From Armatimonadota bacterium (GTDB taxonomy: Bacteria; Armatimonadota; Fimbriimonadia; Fimbriimonadales; GBS-DC): a DNA stretch of 64,000 nt. A program made the position numbers and the translations under genes. The stretch is from NCBI GenBank assembly GCA_037445735.1, contig JBBIJY010000001.1, forward strand, positions 32,001 through 96,000, in the 5' to 3' direction. The notes beneath the pieces are model-generated. The model was not told the DNA's origin. It worked only from the letters and a program-made list of their open reading frames with translations, and did no database searches. This document shows, piece by piece, positions 18,156 through 29,393 of this stretch. The number at the start of each line of letters is the position of its first letter. Positions within the stretch are counted from its first letter, which is position 1.

Positions 18156-19478
18156 TCACCCGTTGCGGAAGAAAAGTTCTGCCTCAAAGGGCACATTTTC
18201 GTAAATCCATTTATCGAGTCGCGTCAACTCCTGCTTTGTACCATAGATGCAGGGCCAGCCCCACAGCCATGCGACGACCTCGCAGGAGATGCCTCTTTCC
18301 AGTTCGCCTGTGCGCCACGCACGCCGCTCGCGTGCGCTCCACCGCTTCGAAAGCTCGAAGGGGTTTTGCAAACTGTAGGCGCGTTCGAAATCCCATGCGT
18401 CGGCATGCAGCGCATAGAATCCCAGCGCGTGGCGCTGGGGCGCCTCAAAGAGGCGCATAGTTTGCTGACTTTCGAACGCCATGCCCGAGGTGGGTTTGCC
18501 CAGTGGCTGGAGCTGGACCAGAAGAGGGTGATGGGTGTAGAAGCCATAGTTACGCCCGCCGATGTAGAGCGCCGTGCCCAGCGACAGCCAGATCCATGGA
18601 AGCCACACGCGATGGATGCGCCGCAGGCGAGCAGGCTGGAGGCGCTCGAACCCCAGACCGACCGACTCCAGACTTTCGCGCGTCAGCGCAATTGCACCGA
18701 TTCCCCCATAGCCCCAGACCTGACGCCCTTCATATCGGGCGCGCAACTGTCGCACGGTCGGCTCTTCCACAATCGGAAGCAGAGCAGGCAACCTCTCGAC
18801 ACTTCCGTCCCATTCAACCCGCACGCGCCCCGACAACCCCTCCACCGCGAACTCCAGAGAGCGAGGCCCCACCTTTGTTAGTGTCCATACCCGTAGGGCA
18901 ACCTTCTGCCAGTCCACAGACTTCCCCCGAAGGTCGCGATAGGATGCCAGCGACTCCCCTTCGCGTGGCAGGCACAGGAAGGTCTGTCCTACCTTTGCTT
19001 CAGGGGGCTTCACGGAGTTCGGCAAATAGATCGGGAGCGCGCCCCCCTGTGCGCGCGCAGGGCGGTTTTCGACAAGAACAGCGTTGGGCAAGGCGTCCAC
19101 AGATAGCGTGTACATCCCTGCCCGAAGCCCTGTATAGGGTACTCTAAAGCTCACACTCTTCGCCGAGCCAAATTGATGGGGTGCCGCTTCAATCGTTTCA
19201 GGCGTGCCCTCTGTGGGGCGAACCGCGATCTCGCGCGCCTGTCCACCGTAGGGGGTAATCGTCCAGCGCAGCCGTTTCGGGAAAAACAGAAATGGCTTCC
19301 TTGAAGGGATTGAGATGCGGAGCTGTATCTTTTCGAAAGCCTCGCCCTTGTCCAGCGAAAGCATGACCTGCGGTTCATTTGGACCATTCTGTCGCCAATT
19401 TGCCTTCAGACCAGGCATATAGTTCACCTCTCTCCCCTCGGAAGTGTACCTGATAGGAGGCCTTAGCAATTCCTGCAT
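18156..19478 (-). CDS. Hypothetical protein (possibly ending at a premature stop)
   Basis: 440-aa ORF from the ATG at 19478 with an AAGGGGG RBS-like sequence. The longer ORF-track start overlaps the tRNA and is rejected. Confidence 0.55.
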   Translation of the reverse strand: MQELLRPPIRYTSEGREVNYMPGLKANWRQNGPNEPQVMLSLDKGEAFEKIQLRISIPSRKPFLFFPKRLRWTITPYGGQAREIAVRPTEGTPETIEAAPHQFGSAKSVSFRVPYTGLRAGMYTLSVDALPNAVLVENRPARAQGGALPIYLPNSVKPPEAKVGQTFLCLPREGESLASYRDLRGKSVDWQKVALRVWTLTKVGPRSLEFAVEGLSGRVRVEWDGSVERLPALLPIVEEPTVRQLRARYEGRQVWGYGGIGAIALTRESLESVGLGFERLQPARLRRIHRVWLPWIWLSLGTALYIGGRNYGFYTHHPLLVQLQPLGKPTSGMAFESQQTMRLFEAPQRHALGFYALHADAWDFERAYSLQNPFELSKRWSARERRAWRTGELERGISCEVVAWLWGWPCIYGTKQELTRLDKWIYENVPFEAELFFRNG

Positions 19479-19660
19479 CGGCGGAGAACCCCCCTTTCGC
19501 AGCAGGAAGGGAGACCTATGCGGCGAGCAGGACGTTCGGGTATAATAGCAACGGGCGCAACTGCCATCGGGGCAGGAAAGGGATGAACAGGGTTTCAACG
19601 CGACAACGATGCGGTATAATATGGACCGCGGAAGCCCTGCTTCCGCAATCCAAAGGTTGT

Positions 19661-19736
<76 letters not shown>

Positions 19737-19884
19737 GATCACCGCACAAACAAACCCCAGACACCCTGCCCACACGGCAGGAAAATATTCCCCAACGGGG
19801 AACCCCTGTGGAATAAAGCAAGTATAGGGATTCTGCCCCCCACCGCAACAGGGGGACCCAACCAATCCAAACAGGGAGGTCAAC

Positions 19885-20373
19885 ATGTTCGAATTTGAAC
19901 CCGATCAGGTGTACCTGACCGAGAGCGGCTATCGCCAGCTGGAAGCGGAGCTGAAACGCCTCCAGACGGTCGAACGCGCCCGTATCGCTGACGAGTTCCG
20001 CGCCTACAAAGAACATGGCGAGTTCAGCTCCGAAGACACCGAGCTGGAAAGCCTCAAAAGCGAGCTTGCCTATGTCGAAGCCCGCATCATGGAGCTGCGC
20101 AATGTGCTGCAAAACGCGATTATCGTGCGTGAAGCCGACATCCCCACCGATCGCGTCGGCGTCGGCTCCATGGTCACCATCGAGGAGGTGGAAAGCGGCA
20201 CGCGCAAACAGTTCCGCATCGTGGGCGCGATGGAAGCCGACCCCGAAAACCACAAACTCTCCTATCAGGCGCCACTCGCCCGCGCCCTCATCGGGCATCA
20301 GGTCGGCGACGAAGTCGAAGTCACCATGCCTAAAGGCACCTTCCGCTACCGTATTCTCAGCATCGAAAAGTAG
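19885..20373 (+). CDS. greA: Transcription elongation factor GreA
   Basis: YLTESGY..LEAEL, EHGEFSS.DTE, GAMEADP, SYQAPLARALIG. Confidence 0.92.
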   Translation: MFEFEPDQVYLTESGYRQLEAELKRLQTVERARIADEFRAYKEHGEFSSEDTELESLKSELAYVEARIMELRNVLQNAIIVREADIPTDRVGVGSMVTIEEVESGTRKQFRIVGAMEADPENHKLSYQAPLARALIGHQVGDEVEVTMPKGTFRYRILSIEK

Positions 20374-20375
20374 CG

Positions 20376-21263
20376 ATGCGCTTTCTCACCTGTTGTCCCC
20401 AGCCCGATTCACCTCCGTGCCTTGCCGTGTGGCGTGAATCGGGCTGGTTTCGGCTGGAGGGCTGCCGCGATTTCGGCGACTGGCTGCGCCTCACGCCCGC
20501 CGAACGCGAGCAACGGCTCGCCACCGCCCAGCCCATCCAGCCCGCCCGCTACCTGCCGCCCATCCTCGTCCCGCCCAGCATCCGCGACTTCTACGCCTTC
20601 GAAACCCATGTGCGCAACACCCACCAGCGACGCGGGCAACCGATGCCGCCCGAATGGTATCAGATTCCCGCCTTCTACTTCTCCAACCCCGCCTGCCTCG
20701 TCGGACATGAGCAACCCGTGCGCAAGCCACCCGACACCGAACAGCTCGACTACGAGCTGGAGCTGGCTGTCATCATCGGGCGCGAAGGGGGCGACTGGAG
20801 CCTGCAGGAAGCCGAAGCCGCCATCGCCGGCTTCACCATCATGAACGACTGGAGCGCCCGCGACATCCAGCGACGCGAAACCCGCATCGGGCTCGGACCC
20901 GCCAAAGCCAAAGACTTCGCCACCTCGCTCGGACCCTGCGTCGTCACGCCCGACGAGCTGGAAGCGTGGCGCGAACCCGATCCACAACGCGGCAGCCGCT
21001 GGCACCTGACCATGCGCGCATGGGTCAACGGCGAGCTGTTCTCCGAAGGCAACGCCGCCAAGATGCACTGGACCTTCGCCGAACTGATTGCCCACGCCTC
21101 GCGCAACACCCGCCTGCAGATGGGCGATGTGATCGGCTCCGGCACCGTCGGCACAGGCTGCCTGCTCGAACGCCCCGAAGGCAGCCACCGCTGGCTCCTG
21201 CCAGGCGATACCGTCGAACTCGAAATCACGGGAATCGGCACTCTGCGCAACACCATCGTTTGA
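20376..21263 (+). CDS. Fumarylacetoacetate hydrolase family protein
   Basis: RDFYAFETH, LDYELELA, MNDWSARDIQ, KAKDFATSLGP, GDVIGSGT. Confidence 0.92.
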   Translation: MRFLTCCPQPDSPPCLAVWRESGWFRLEGCRDFGDWLRLTPAEREQRLATAQPIQPARYLPPILVPPSIRDFYAFETHVRNTHQRRGQPMPPEWYQIPAFYFSNPACLVGHEQPVRKPPDTEQLDYELELAVIIGREGGDWSLQEAEAAIAGFTIMNDWSARDIQRRETRIGLGPAKAKDFATSLGPCVVTPDELEAWREPDPQRGSRWHLTMRAWVNGELFSEGNAAKMHWTFAELIAHASRNTRLQMGDVIGSGTVGTGCLLERPEGSHRWLLPGDTVELEITGIGTLRNTIV

Positions 21264-21338
21264 GAAGCACGCCGCATGGCTAGAGCATCCCGCTCCAGAT
21301 CAATCACTCGCGTGGCTGGAGCGTCCCGTCCAGATCCA

Positions 21339-22022
21339 TCACTCCAGCAGGGAAGGTTGATGGGGGTCGGGCACAACGCGCGCACCGCCCGCCACCTGAT
21401 GCGCCAGGCGCGTCGGCTCCGGCAAACGATGCTGACGCACACACGCCATCACGGTCTGAACGGCGCCTGCCAGCGTGATGCGATGCCCAATCGACACAAA
21501 CAGCGGCGCCTGACCCTTCTGCGTGCGTAAGACCGCGCCAATCACCTCTTTTCCGTCCATCAGCGGTGTCCACGCGCCTGGCTCATCGGGCGGCGGCTCG
21601 AAGCGTCCCCACAGGCGCGACTTGGCGCAGCCAATCGCAGGCTTATCTAAATAGACACCGAGGTGCGTCGCGATGCCCATCCGTCGCGGGTGCGCAATCC
21701 CCTGCCCGTCCACCATCAGCAGGTCGGGCGCAAAACGCAGGCGGGCGATGGCTTCCAACAGCGCCGGCGCCTCCCGAAACGCCAGCAGCCCCGGAATGTA
21801 GGGAAACGACACAGGCAGCTCGGCGACCGCCTGATCAAGCGGGGTCATATCAGGGTAGCGGAGGGCGACCGCCGCAGCGCGCGCCTGCTCGCCACGAAAA
21901 CCCACATCCAGCCCCACCACAATCGCGCCAGGCGCGGGCGGCTCACCCTCGCAAAGAACCCGCGCCCGCAACTGCTGCTGAATCGCGATTGCCTCCTCAG
22001 GCGACACATCCCAGCGGTGCAT
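21339..22022 (-). CDS. nfi: Endonuclease V
   Basis: [48 protein letters not shown]. Confidence 0.95.
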   Translation of the reverse strand: MHRWDVSPEEAIAIQQQLRARVLCEGEPPAPGAIVVGLDVGFRGEQARAAAVALRYPDMTPLDQAVAELPVSFPYIPGLLAFREAPALLEAIARLRFAPDLLMVDGQGIAHPRRMGIATHLGVYLDKPAIGCAKSRLWGRFEPPPDEPGAWTPLMDGKEVIGAVLRTQKGQAPLFVSIGHRITLAGAVQTVMACVRQHRLPEPTRLAHQVAGGARVVPDPHQPSLLE

Positions 22023-22030
22023 GGGAACCT

Positions 22031-22651
22031 CTATTCGCCTTCGGCAGGCGCACCTGCCTCTGTTGCAACCTCCTCTGCCACCTCCTCTTCGACAGCCACC
22101 TTCGGCGCTGCCACCGTCGCAACCGTCTCATCAGGATCAGCCAGCACCTGCACATTCGGCGGCAACGCCAGATCGCGCACATGAATCGAATCGCCAAACT
22201 CTTTGAGCACGCTCAGATCGACCGTGATGGCTTCGGGAATATCTTTCGGCAGGCAGCGCACGGTGAGCCTCTCGACAGGATGGATCAATGTGCCGCCCAT
22301 GCGCACCGCGTCCGATTCGCCCACGAACACAATCGGCACCTCGGTCTCGATGGGTTCATCCATCGGCATCGCCCAGAGGCTTACATGGCGGATGCGAGCA
22401 GTGATCGGCTCGCGGTCCACCGCGCGCAGCAATGTGGCAATACGCTTGCTATCCAGCTCCACCTCAATCAGGTGCGTCGTGCCCGCTTCATGCAGCACAT
22501 GGAGCAGCTCGCGCTCGTTGAACTGCACCGGTTGCGATTGCCCCTTGCTGTCATAGATGGCGCCGGGCACGATGCCGTTACGCAACAGCCGTCGGCTCTT
22601 CTTACCCATCAGCGTGCGCGGTTCCGCTTTCAGCTGCAGGGTTTTCGTCAT
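22031..22651 (-). CDS. rplY: 50S ribosomal protein L25/Ctc
   Basis: [38 protein letters not shown], acidic tail. Confidence 0.92.
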   Translation of the reverse strand: MTKTLQLKAEPRTLMGKKSRRLLRNGIVPGAIYDSKGQSQPVQFNERELLHVLHEAGTTHLIEVELDSKRIATLLRAVDREPITARIRHVSLWAMPMDEPIETEVPIVFVGESDAVRMGGTLIHPVERLTVRCLPKDIPEAITVDLSVLKEFGDSIHVRDLALPPNVQVLADPDETVATVAAPKVAVEEEVAEEVATEAGAPAEGE

Positions 22652-22674
22652 ACAGCTCACCTCCCGCTATTGTT

Positions 22675-24093
22675 TTACCCGATAAGGCGGGAGCGCTCAC
22701 GCCAGCGGGAGGGAAGAATGCGGTGCCGATTGCGGTACTTGCTGACCGTGCGACGGGCAATATGGATGCCCATCTCGGCAAGCTTGTCGGCAATCTCAGC
22801 GTCGGTCAGGCTACGACCGTCGCACTCATTCTCATCGATAATCTGATGGATGAGCATAGCAACGCGATAGGAGGCGTCAAAGAACACATCGAGGGGCACA
22901 AGCGAGCCGCTGGGCAGCTGAAGCCATTTATTGCGCACGGCACGCCCGACAGTGGAACGGTGCAGACCCGTCGCCGCTGCCAGCTCCGCGCGGGTCATCG
23001 GCTGCAAAAAGCGCGGGTCGCCCGTGAAAAGGAACGGAAACTGACGCTGCACCAGCACCTCCATGATGCGCTTGAGCGTCTGCTGACGCTGCTGGAGCGC
23101 CTGCAGAAAGATTCGAGCACGACTGACATACTGGAAGATATGCTCGCGCTCCTCACGCGAGAGAGCAAAAGATTTTTCGCCGCCACTGTCCGCCCGACGC
23201 GCCACCAGGTACTGATCGGCGTAGCTGCGGCTCAGGCGTATCGTCTCGGGCGACGGTCCGCGCAACTCCACACTCAGCCCCACTGGCTTCCTGTAGCGCA
23301 CAATAATATCGGGTTCTATCGGTGGCGACTCGGTGGACAGCGCCAGGTTCTCCCCGAACCCATCGCCAGGGTAGGGCGACAGCGTGTTGCGAATGAACCA
23401 CAGCACCCGCTGGATGGTGGCTTCATCGGTTTTCAGCTTGCGGGCAACCGCCGACAGGCGCGCACTGGTCAGCTCCTGCCAGGCATCTTTGACCACCCGA
23501 TAGGTGAGTTCCACCAGCTCCTGATCCACCTGCGGGTTGCCCCTCAACGCTCGGAGCTGGATCAGCATGCACTCACGCAGGTCGCGCGCGCCCACGCCCG
23601 GCGGGTCGCACCGCTGCAACTCGGCTAACACCCGCATCACCGCTTCAGGCGAGCAGTTCAACTGCAGCGCGACCTCCTCCACAGAAGCCTGAAGATAGCC
23701 ACGCGGGTTCAGCGACTCGACCAGATAATCAGCAATCGGGTGCAATTCAGATGGCAGGTTCAGCAGCAGCTGCTCGCGCACATGCTCCTTCAGCTCCAGC
23801 GGCGGCACCGCCAGCCAATCCTCGCTCACCTCCTCTTCTTCAAACCAGGTGTTCTCGCTATCCTCTTCAGAATCGCCAGTATCGGTGGAGACAATCACAG
23901 GCTGGAACATGGGGGTGAACGGCTGGGACTCGTCGGTGGGTTCCAGCGCGGGGTTCTCCTCCAGCTCCTGGGCGAGCAGCTGCTCCAGCTGCTGGGCGTT
24001 GAGTTCGAGCATACGCGCCAGTAGCTTCAGTCCGGGGCTGGCTTGCACCCCGACCTTGACCTGCGCTTTAGCCCCTGCCCTTATTTGAGCCAT
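22675..24093 (-). CDS. rpoN: RNA polymerase sigma-54 factor
   Basis: ELEENPALE, DPPGVGARDLRECMLIQL, HRSTVGRA, RpoN box ARRTVSKYR. Confidence 0.93.
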   Translation of the reverse strand: MAQIRAGAKAQVKVGVQASPGLKLLARMLELNAQQLEQLLAQELEENPALEPTDESQPFTPMFQPVIVSTDTGDSEEDSENTWFEEEEVSEDWLAVPPLELKEHVREQLLLNLPSELHPIADYLVESLNPRGYLQASVEEVALQLNCSPEAVMRVLAELQRCDPPGVGARDLRECMLIQLRALRGNPQVDQELVELTYRVVKDAWQELTSARLSAVARKLKTDEATIQRVLWFIRNTLSPYPGDGFGENLALSTESPPIEPDIIVRYRKPVGLSVELRGPSPETIRLSRSYADQYLVARRADSGGEKSFALSREEREHIFQYVSRARIFLQALQQRQQTLKRIMEVLVQRQFPFLFTGDPRFLQPMTRAELAAATGLHRSTVGRAVRNKWLQLPSGSLVPLDVFFDASYRVAMLIHQIIDENECDGRSLTDAEIADKLAEMGIHIARRTVSKYRNRHRILPSRWRERSRLIG

Positions 24094-24147
24094 CGTTACC
24101 CTCCAGTAGCTTATCTATGAAGCCCTGCCTCAGCACGCCATAGTTTG

Positions 24148-25521
24148 TTATTCGACGCCCGTGCCGACATTCCTGCTTTCTGATGGATTGGCGGCGCACA
24201 CGCGGTTGCGCCCGCCAGCTTTGGCACGATAAAGCGCCTGATCAGCTGCCTCGATCAGCTCCTGCGGGCCTGCCATCCACGGCTGATAGCTGGCAACGCC
24301 AAAGCTGGCACTGATCGGCTCCTGCTCCCAATCGGCTTCAGCCAGCGCCTGACGCAGACGCTCCGCCGCACAGATAGCACTGGTCAGGTCGGTACAGGGC
24401 AGTATGACAGCGAACTCCTCACCACCATAACGCGCCACCAGGTCACTCTGACGCACCGTCTGAATCAATACCTGGGCAACCCGCTTCAGTACCTCATCGC
24501 CAGCCAGATGACCATAGGTGTCGTTGAACCGCTTGAAATGATCAACATCCAGCAGGATGAGCGAGAGCGACTGGCAGTAACGCTGCGCTTCGGCGAACCG
24601 CTGACGCAGAAACTCCTGAAAAGCACGATGGTTGGGAATCCCCGTTAACCCATCGGTAAGCGCCATGCTTTGCAGGTGCCACTCATATTCCACACGGTCA
24701 GACACATCCACCACCGCCACAATACCACCCACCACTTCACCGCCTAAGTTGCGTAAAGGGAACGCACTGCGCATGATATAGAGAACCTGACCCGACGCTG
24801 TCCGCGCAGCCACAGGCTCTCTGTCACGAATCATCTCGCCTGCTAACACGCTCTCAACAAGGGAGTGCATATCGGCACCGGTCTCTTGATGGAACACGGT
24901 CTCGAACATCGATCGGAACAGCACCTGTTGCTTGGGATAGCCGAACAGCTGTGCCGCCGCCTGATTCCACTCGTGGAGATTACCTTCCGTGTCGAAGGTG
25001 AAACAGGCGATGGGCAGGTTCTCGAACAGTTCGGCGAATCGGCGGTTGGCATGCGCCAGAAGGCGTTGCGACTGCTCCAGCTGCTCTGCCTGAGCTTGCA
25101 ACTCTTGATTGAGCGCCTGCAAGTGGCGGCTCTGCGCCTGCAAATGCTGCTCCATGTGCAGGATGCGCCGCGCCACACATAACCGCGCCCGCAACTCATC
25201 CATATCGATGGGCTTGCCAATAAAATCATCGGCACCCGCCTGCAGCGCGTGCAGCTTGCCATGCTCCCTGTTGCTGGCAGTGAGCAAAATAATATAGACA
25301 TAACTCTCTTGATGAAAATTGCGCAACCGCCGACATAGCTCGATGCCGTCCATGCCAGGCATCATCCAGTCGGTCAGCACCAGCGGCACAGGCTCACGCT
25401 CAAACAGCTGCCACGCCTGCTCGCCATCGAAAGCGACCAGTGGCTCATACCCTTCACAGCGTAGCTGACGCTCCAGCATCCGTGCCACCACACGGTCATC
25501 GTCCACTATCAGCACTCGCAT
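24148..25521 (-). CDS. Diguanylate cyclase (REC-PAS-GGDEF)
   Basis: Receiver VDDD/DWMMPG, a PAS domain, then DVDHFK..ND.YGH and RYGGEEF. Confidence 0.92.
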   Translation of the reverse strand: MRVLIVDDDRVVARMLERQLRCEGYEPLVAFDGEQAWQLFEREPVPLVLTDWMMPGMDGIELCRRLRNFHQESYVYIILLTASNREHGKLHALQAGADDFIGKPIDMDELRARLCVARRILHMEQHLQAQSRHLQALNQELQAQAEQLEQSQRLLAHANRRFAELFENLPIACFTFDTEGNLHEWNQAAAQLFGYPKQQVLFRSMFETVFHQETGADMHSLVESVLAGEMIRDREPVAARTASGQVLYIMRSAFPLRNLGGEVVGGIVAVVDVSDRVEYEWHLQSMALTDGLTGIPNHRAFQEFLRQRFAEAQRYCQSLSLILLDVDHFKRFNDTYGHLAGDEVLKRVAQVLIQTVRQSDLVARYGGEEFAVILPCTDLTSAICAAERLRQALAEADWEQEPISASFGVASYQPWMAGPQELIEAADQALYRAKAGGRNRVCAANPSESRNVGTGVE

Positions 25522-25672
25522 GGCTTTCTCTGCTCCACAGAGTTATTCCAGATGCACCCCCGAATCTCTCACAACAATCGGGGTGTCGCTGCCCCGCAAA
25601 AGGATGTCGTTCCCGCGTTAGCATTTTCAGGTGCGGACATGCCATCCTCTGCCATCGAGGAGGAAGGTAGCG

Positions 25673-26506
25673 ATGCGCTGGATAATTGTGACGGGTTTGA
25701 TGAGTCTGATGGCGTTGCTGTGCGCCCAACAGAGCTATCAGGCACAGCCGACGGACGATGTATGGTACTACGATAACGCTTTCAATCCGGGCTTCACGGC
25801 GATTTTGCGCTGCTGGGGCGATGGCACCCACGCCGTCGATCCCACAGGGGCGCGACCCGCGCTGAACTTCTCCTACTCACTGGCGAAATGGAGTTTGTCG
25901 CCCTTCCAGTCCGGGGTACGCTATCAGCTGTTAGAAGCCCGAATCGTCGTGACCCAGACCCAGCCGCCCGGCTACACGCGCGAAGAGGGTGAACAATATC
26001 CGCTAGAGGCGCGCGATCTGAGCCACACGAACTGGAGCGAAGCCACATGGGACTATAATGCGCCCGACAACCCCTATCCCGGCACCCAGATTTTCGGCAC
26101 TGGCTCCATGCTCAACTACCGCACCGACGCGCCCTTCACCATCCCCATCGATCTGCTCACCTCAGGTGGCGCGTTTGAGAACTACTTCAATCAGGCGGTT
26201 AGCACCACGCGCGAGTTAGGAATCGCCTTCGTATCCACGATGAACCCGGTGATGCAGGGCGGCACGCGCTTCTATCGCTTCTATTCGCGCAACGATGCGG
26301 GCGGACGCGGTCCAGTCCTTCAGCTGGTCTATCGCGTGGCGGGCGATGTGGACGGCAACGGCTGCACCGACGATGCCGACCTGCTCAGCGTGCTGTTCGC
26401 CTTCGGGCAGTCGGGGAGCAACCTGCCGCAGGATTTGAACAGCGACGGTATCGTGGACGACGCCGACCTGCTGAATGTGCTGTTCAACTTCGGCAATGGA
26501 TGTTAG
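25673..26506 (+). CDS. Secreted protein with C-terminal dockerin-like domain
   Basis: Signal peptide; C-terminal [21 protein letters not shown]...[23 protein letters not shown]. Confidence 0.82.
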   Translation: MRWIIVTGLMSLMALLCAQQSYQAQPTDDVWYYDNAFNPGFTAILRCWGDGTHAVDPTGARPALNFSYSLAKWSLSPFQSGVRYQLLEARIVVTQTQPPGYTREEGEQYPLEARDLSHTNWSEATWDYNAPDNPYPGTQIFGTGSMLNYRTDAPFTIPIDLLTSGGAFENYFNQAVSTTRELGIAFVSTMNPVMQGGTRFYRFYSRNDAGGRGPVLQLVYRVAGDVDGNGCTDDADLLSVLFAFGQSGSNLPQDLNSDGIVDDADLLNVLFNFGNGC

Positions 26507-26545
26507 CCCTCACCCCCGCCCCTCTCCCACGCTGTGGGAGAGGGG
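26507..26545. repeat. REP/BoxC-like palindromic repeat
   Basis: CCCTCACCCCCGCCCCTCTCCCACGCTGTGGGAGAGGGG directly after a stop codon. Confidence 0.8.
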
Positions 26546-26607
26546 AGTTTCTGGATGGTGCTGGAGTGCTGAAGCGCAGCTTCAGCACTCCACAGAGAGA
26601 GGTTCCT

Positions 26608-27342
26608 ATGGCACGCAGGGGCTTTACACTGATTGAGCTGCTCGTCGTGATGGCAATCATCGCCATTCTGGCGTCGGTGCTGTTTCCCGTGCTGGCGCAG
26701 GCGCGCGCCAGAGCCCGCCAGAGTCAGTGCATGAGCAACCTGCGCCAGATCGCCCTCGCCGCCCAGCTCTACCTGCAGGATTATGATGAGCAGTTCTTCC
26801 CTGCCTACTACATCGGGCAGGGCGGTCAGACCCAGCCGAATAACTACGGCTACTTCTTCTGGCCGTGGCTGCTGCGCCCCTACACCCAGGCGTTCAACCT
26901 CTTCTGGTGTCCCGATGAACCACCCAGCAACTGCCGCGAGCTGAGCCATCCCTACTTCGGCTATGTGTTCGGGCGCTTCCCTGCATGGGGCTATCATCAG
27001 GTGCTGTTCTCGCCTGGTATCGATGCCTACAATCCGACCGAGTATCCCTTCCAGCCCATCGCGCTTGGCAAAGTGGCGCGTCCAGCCGAGATTGTGCTTT
27101 TTGTGGAGAGCATCACACTGGCAAGCAGCGGGCAGGGCAGCACCTGCACAGGCTATCAGCAGCTGGGCTATGCGATGGTCTATCCCCCCCAATACTGGCA
27201 GGGTGAGCCGCCCCTGCGCCCGATGAGCTACGGGCACTGCTGGCACCGCCATTTCCAGCGGTTCGCCACCACCGCCTTCACCGATGGACACATCAAGCCG
27301 ATGACGCTCGGCGAGCTGCGTAAAACCGCCTACTGGGAATAG
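26608..27342 (+). CDS. Prepilin-type DUF1559 protein (copy 5)
   Basis: [36 protein letters not shown]. Confidence 0.9.
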   Translation: MARRGFTLIELLVVMAIIAILASVLFPVLAQARARARQSQCMSNLRQIALAAQLYLQDYDEQFFPAYYIGQGGQTQPNNYGYFFWPWLLRPYTQAFNLFWCPDEPPSNCRELSHPYFGYVFGRFPAWGYHQVLFSPGIDAYNPTEYPFQPIALGKVARPAEIVLFVESITLASSGQGSTCTGYQQLGYAMVYPPQYWQGEPPLRPMSYGHCWHRHFQRFATTAFTDGHIKPMTLGELRKTAYWE

Positions 27343-27348
27343 CCTGGC

Positions 27349-29352
27349 TCAGCTCAGCAGCGGCGCGAACACCAGCGCAACGATGCTCATCAACTTGATG
27401 AGGATATTCATGCTGGGACCAGTGGTGTCCTTGAAGGGGTCGCCGACCGTATCGCCGACGACAGCGGCTTTGTGCGCTTCGCTTCCCCTGCCCCCCTCGT
27501 GCCCCTCCTCAATCCACTTCTTGGCGTTGTCCCATGCGCCGCCCGCGTTCGCCATCATCAGCCCGATGACCACACCCATCACGAGCGCCCCTGCCAGAAA
27601 GCCGCCCAGCGCCTCCGCACCGAGCAGGAAGCCCACCATCAGCGGCGCCACGACGGCAATCGCGCCCGGCAGCACCATCTCGCGCAGAGCAGCCATCGTC
27701 ACAATATCAACACAGCGGTTATAGTCGGGCTTGCCGCGCCCCTCCAGCAGACCCAGCTCATGGAACTGACGACGCACCTCCGCCACCATCTGGTCGGAGG
27801 CGCGGGCAACCGCCCTCAGCGTGAGCGCAGCGAACAGATTCGGTAGCGCGACGCCTATCAGCAATCCTGTCAGCGTCTGGGGATTGGTCAGGCTGATAAC
27901 TTTCAGACCCGTCTGGCTCTGGTAGGCGGCGAACAGCGCGAGGGCGGTGAGCGCGGCGCTGCCAATCGCGAAGCCCTTGCCAATCGCTGCCGTCGTATTG
28001 CCCAGCGCGTCGAGTCGGTCGGTGATCTGGCGCACCGACTCGCCAAAGCCCGCCACCTGTGCGATGCCGCCCGCATTATCGGCGATGGGTCCATAACTGT
28101 CCGCGCTCATCACGATGCCAATCGTTGCCAGCATGCCGACGCCTGCCAGCGCGATCCCGTACAGCCCGCTGCTAATATAGGCAAACCAGATAGCGCCCGC
28201 AATCCCCAGCAGAGGCAGCACGGTGCTGAAATAGCCCACCGCCACGCCCGACAGAATGTTGGTCGCTGTGCCATAGCGCGAGGAGCGCGCAATCTGGCGG
28301 ATGGGCGCACCACTGGTGTAATACTGGCTCACTGCACCGATAAAGATGCCCGCGAGCAGACCTGCCAGCACCGCCCAGTACGGCTTCAGCGAGCCGAGCA
28401 GCGCCTGCACGAGCCATGCCGCGCCTGCCGCAAACAGCGCCATCGTCAGCAGGGTCGCGCCGTTCAGCGCCCACTGCGGCTCCATCCCACGAAAAAGGCG
28501 AATAGCCAGCACGCCGATCACCGACGCCAGCAGTCCGCAGGCAATCAGCGCAAGCGGCAACAGCAGATACGCCAGGGGTCTGTCTTCGGCAGCACCCACC
28601 GCCACGCCAACGACCGCCGCCGCCACCACCGAGCCAACATAGCTTTCGAACAGATCCGCGCCCATGCCAGCGGTATCGCCCACATTATCGCCCACATTGT
28701 CCGCCAGCACAGCGGGGTTGCGCGGATCGTCTTCGGGGATGCCCGCCTCCACCTTGCCCACCAGGTCCGCGCCCACATCGGCGGCTTTGGTGTAGATGCC
28801 ACCGCCCACACGCGCAAACAGCGCGACCGACGACGCGCCCATCGAATAGCCCGTCAGGTACTGCACCAGCATCGGCATCGCCAGCGACTGACCCAGCAGG
28901 ATCAGCAGCCCGATTCCAAACAGCCCCAGCGCGGCGACCGATAGCCCCATCACCGAGCCGCCCGTGAAAGCGACAACCAGTGCACTCCCGATCCCGCCAA
29001 GCCGCGCCGCCTCCGCCGAGCGCACCCCACTGCGCGTGGACGCCTTCATGCCAGTATAGCCCGCCAGCATCGAGCTGACCGCCCCAAACAGATAAGCAGC
29101 ACCCATCAACGGCGCACGCGAATGAAACGCCACCGTCAATACCACAGTGAGCGCGAGCGCGAAAAGAGCGATGGCTCTATACTCGCGCCGCAGGAAGGTC
29201 ATCGCACCGTTGTGAATCGCCTGCGCATAGCGGCGCATCGCCTCCGTGCCATCGGGATAACGCATCACGGTGTGGTAGTTCAGCCATGCCAGCAGCAGCC
29301 CTGCGCCACCCAGCGCCACCGCCACAGAGGGAACCGTTGCGAGCCATTCCAT
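27349..29352 (-). CDS. hppA: Membrane-bound pyrophosphatase, K+-dependent (probably Na+-translocating)
   Basis: [35 protein letters not shown] (K+-dependent signature), DTVGDPFKD. Confidence 0.95.
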   Translation of the reverse strand: MEWLATVPSVAVALGGAGLLLAWLNYHTVMRYPDGTEAMRRYAQAIHNGAMTFLRREYRAIALFALALTVVLTVAFHSRAPLMGAAYLFGAVSSMLAGYTGMKASTRSGVRSAEAARLGGIGSALVVAFTGGSVMGLSVAALGLFGIGLLILLGQSLAMPMLVQYLTGYSMGASSVALFARVGGGIYTKAADVGADLVGKVEAGIPEDDPRNPAVLADNVGDNVGDTAGMGADLFESYVGSVVAAAVVGVAVGAAEDRPLAYLLLPLALIACGLLASVIGVLAIRLFRGMEPQWALNGATLLTMALFAAGAAWLVQALLGSLKPYWAVLAGLLAGIFIGAVSQYYTSGAPIRQIARSSRYGTATNILSGVAVGYFSTVLPLLGIAGAIWFAYISSGLYGIALAGVGMLATIGIVMSADSYGPIADNAGGIAQVAGFGESVRQITDRLDALGNTTAAIGKGFAIGSAALTALALFAAYQSQTGLKVISLTNPQTLTGLLIGVALPNLFAALTLRAVARASDQMVAEVRRQFHELGLLEGRGKPDYNRCVDIVTMAALREMVLPGAIAVVAPLMVGFLLGAEALGGFLAGALVMGVVIGLMMANAGGAWDNAKKWIEEGHEGGRGSEAHKAAVVGDTVGDPFKDTTGPSMNILIKLMSIVALVFAPLLS

Positions 29353-29393
29353 CGGCAGGCAGTATACCCCGCACATCAGAGCAGAGCGGTTTT

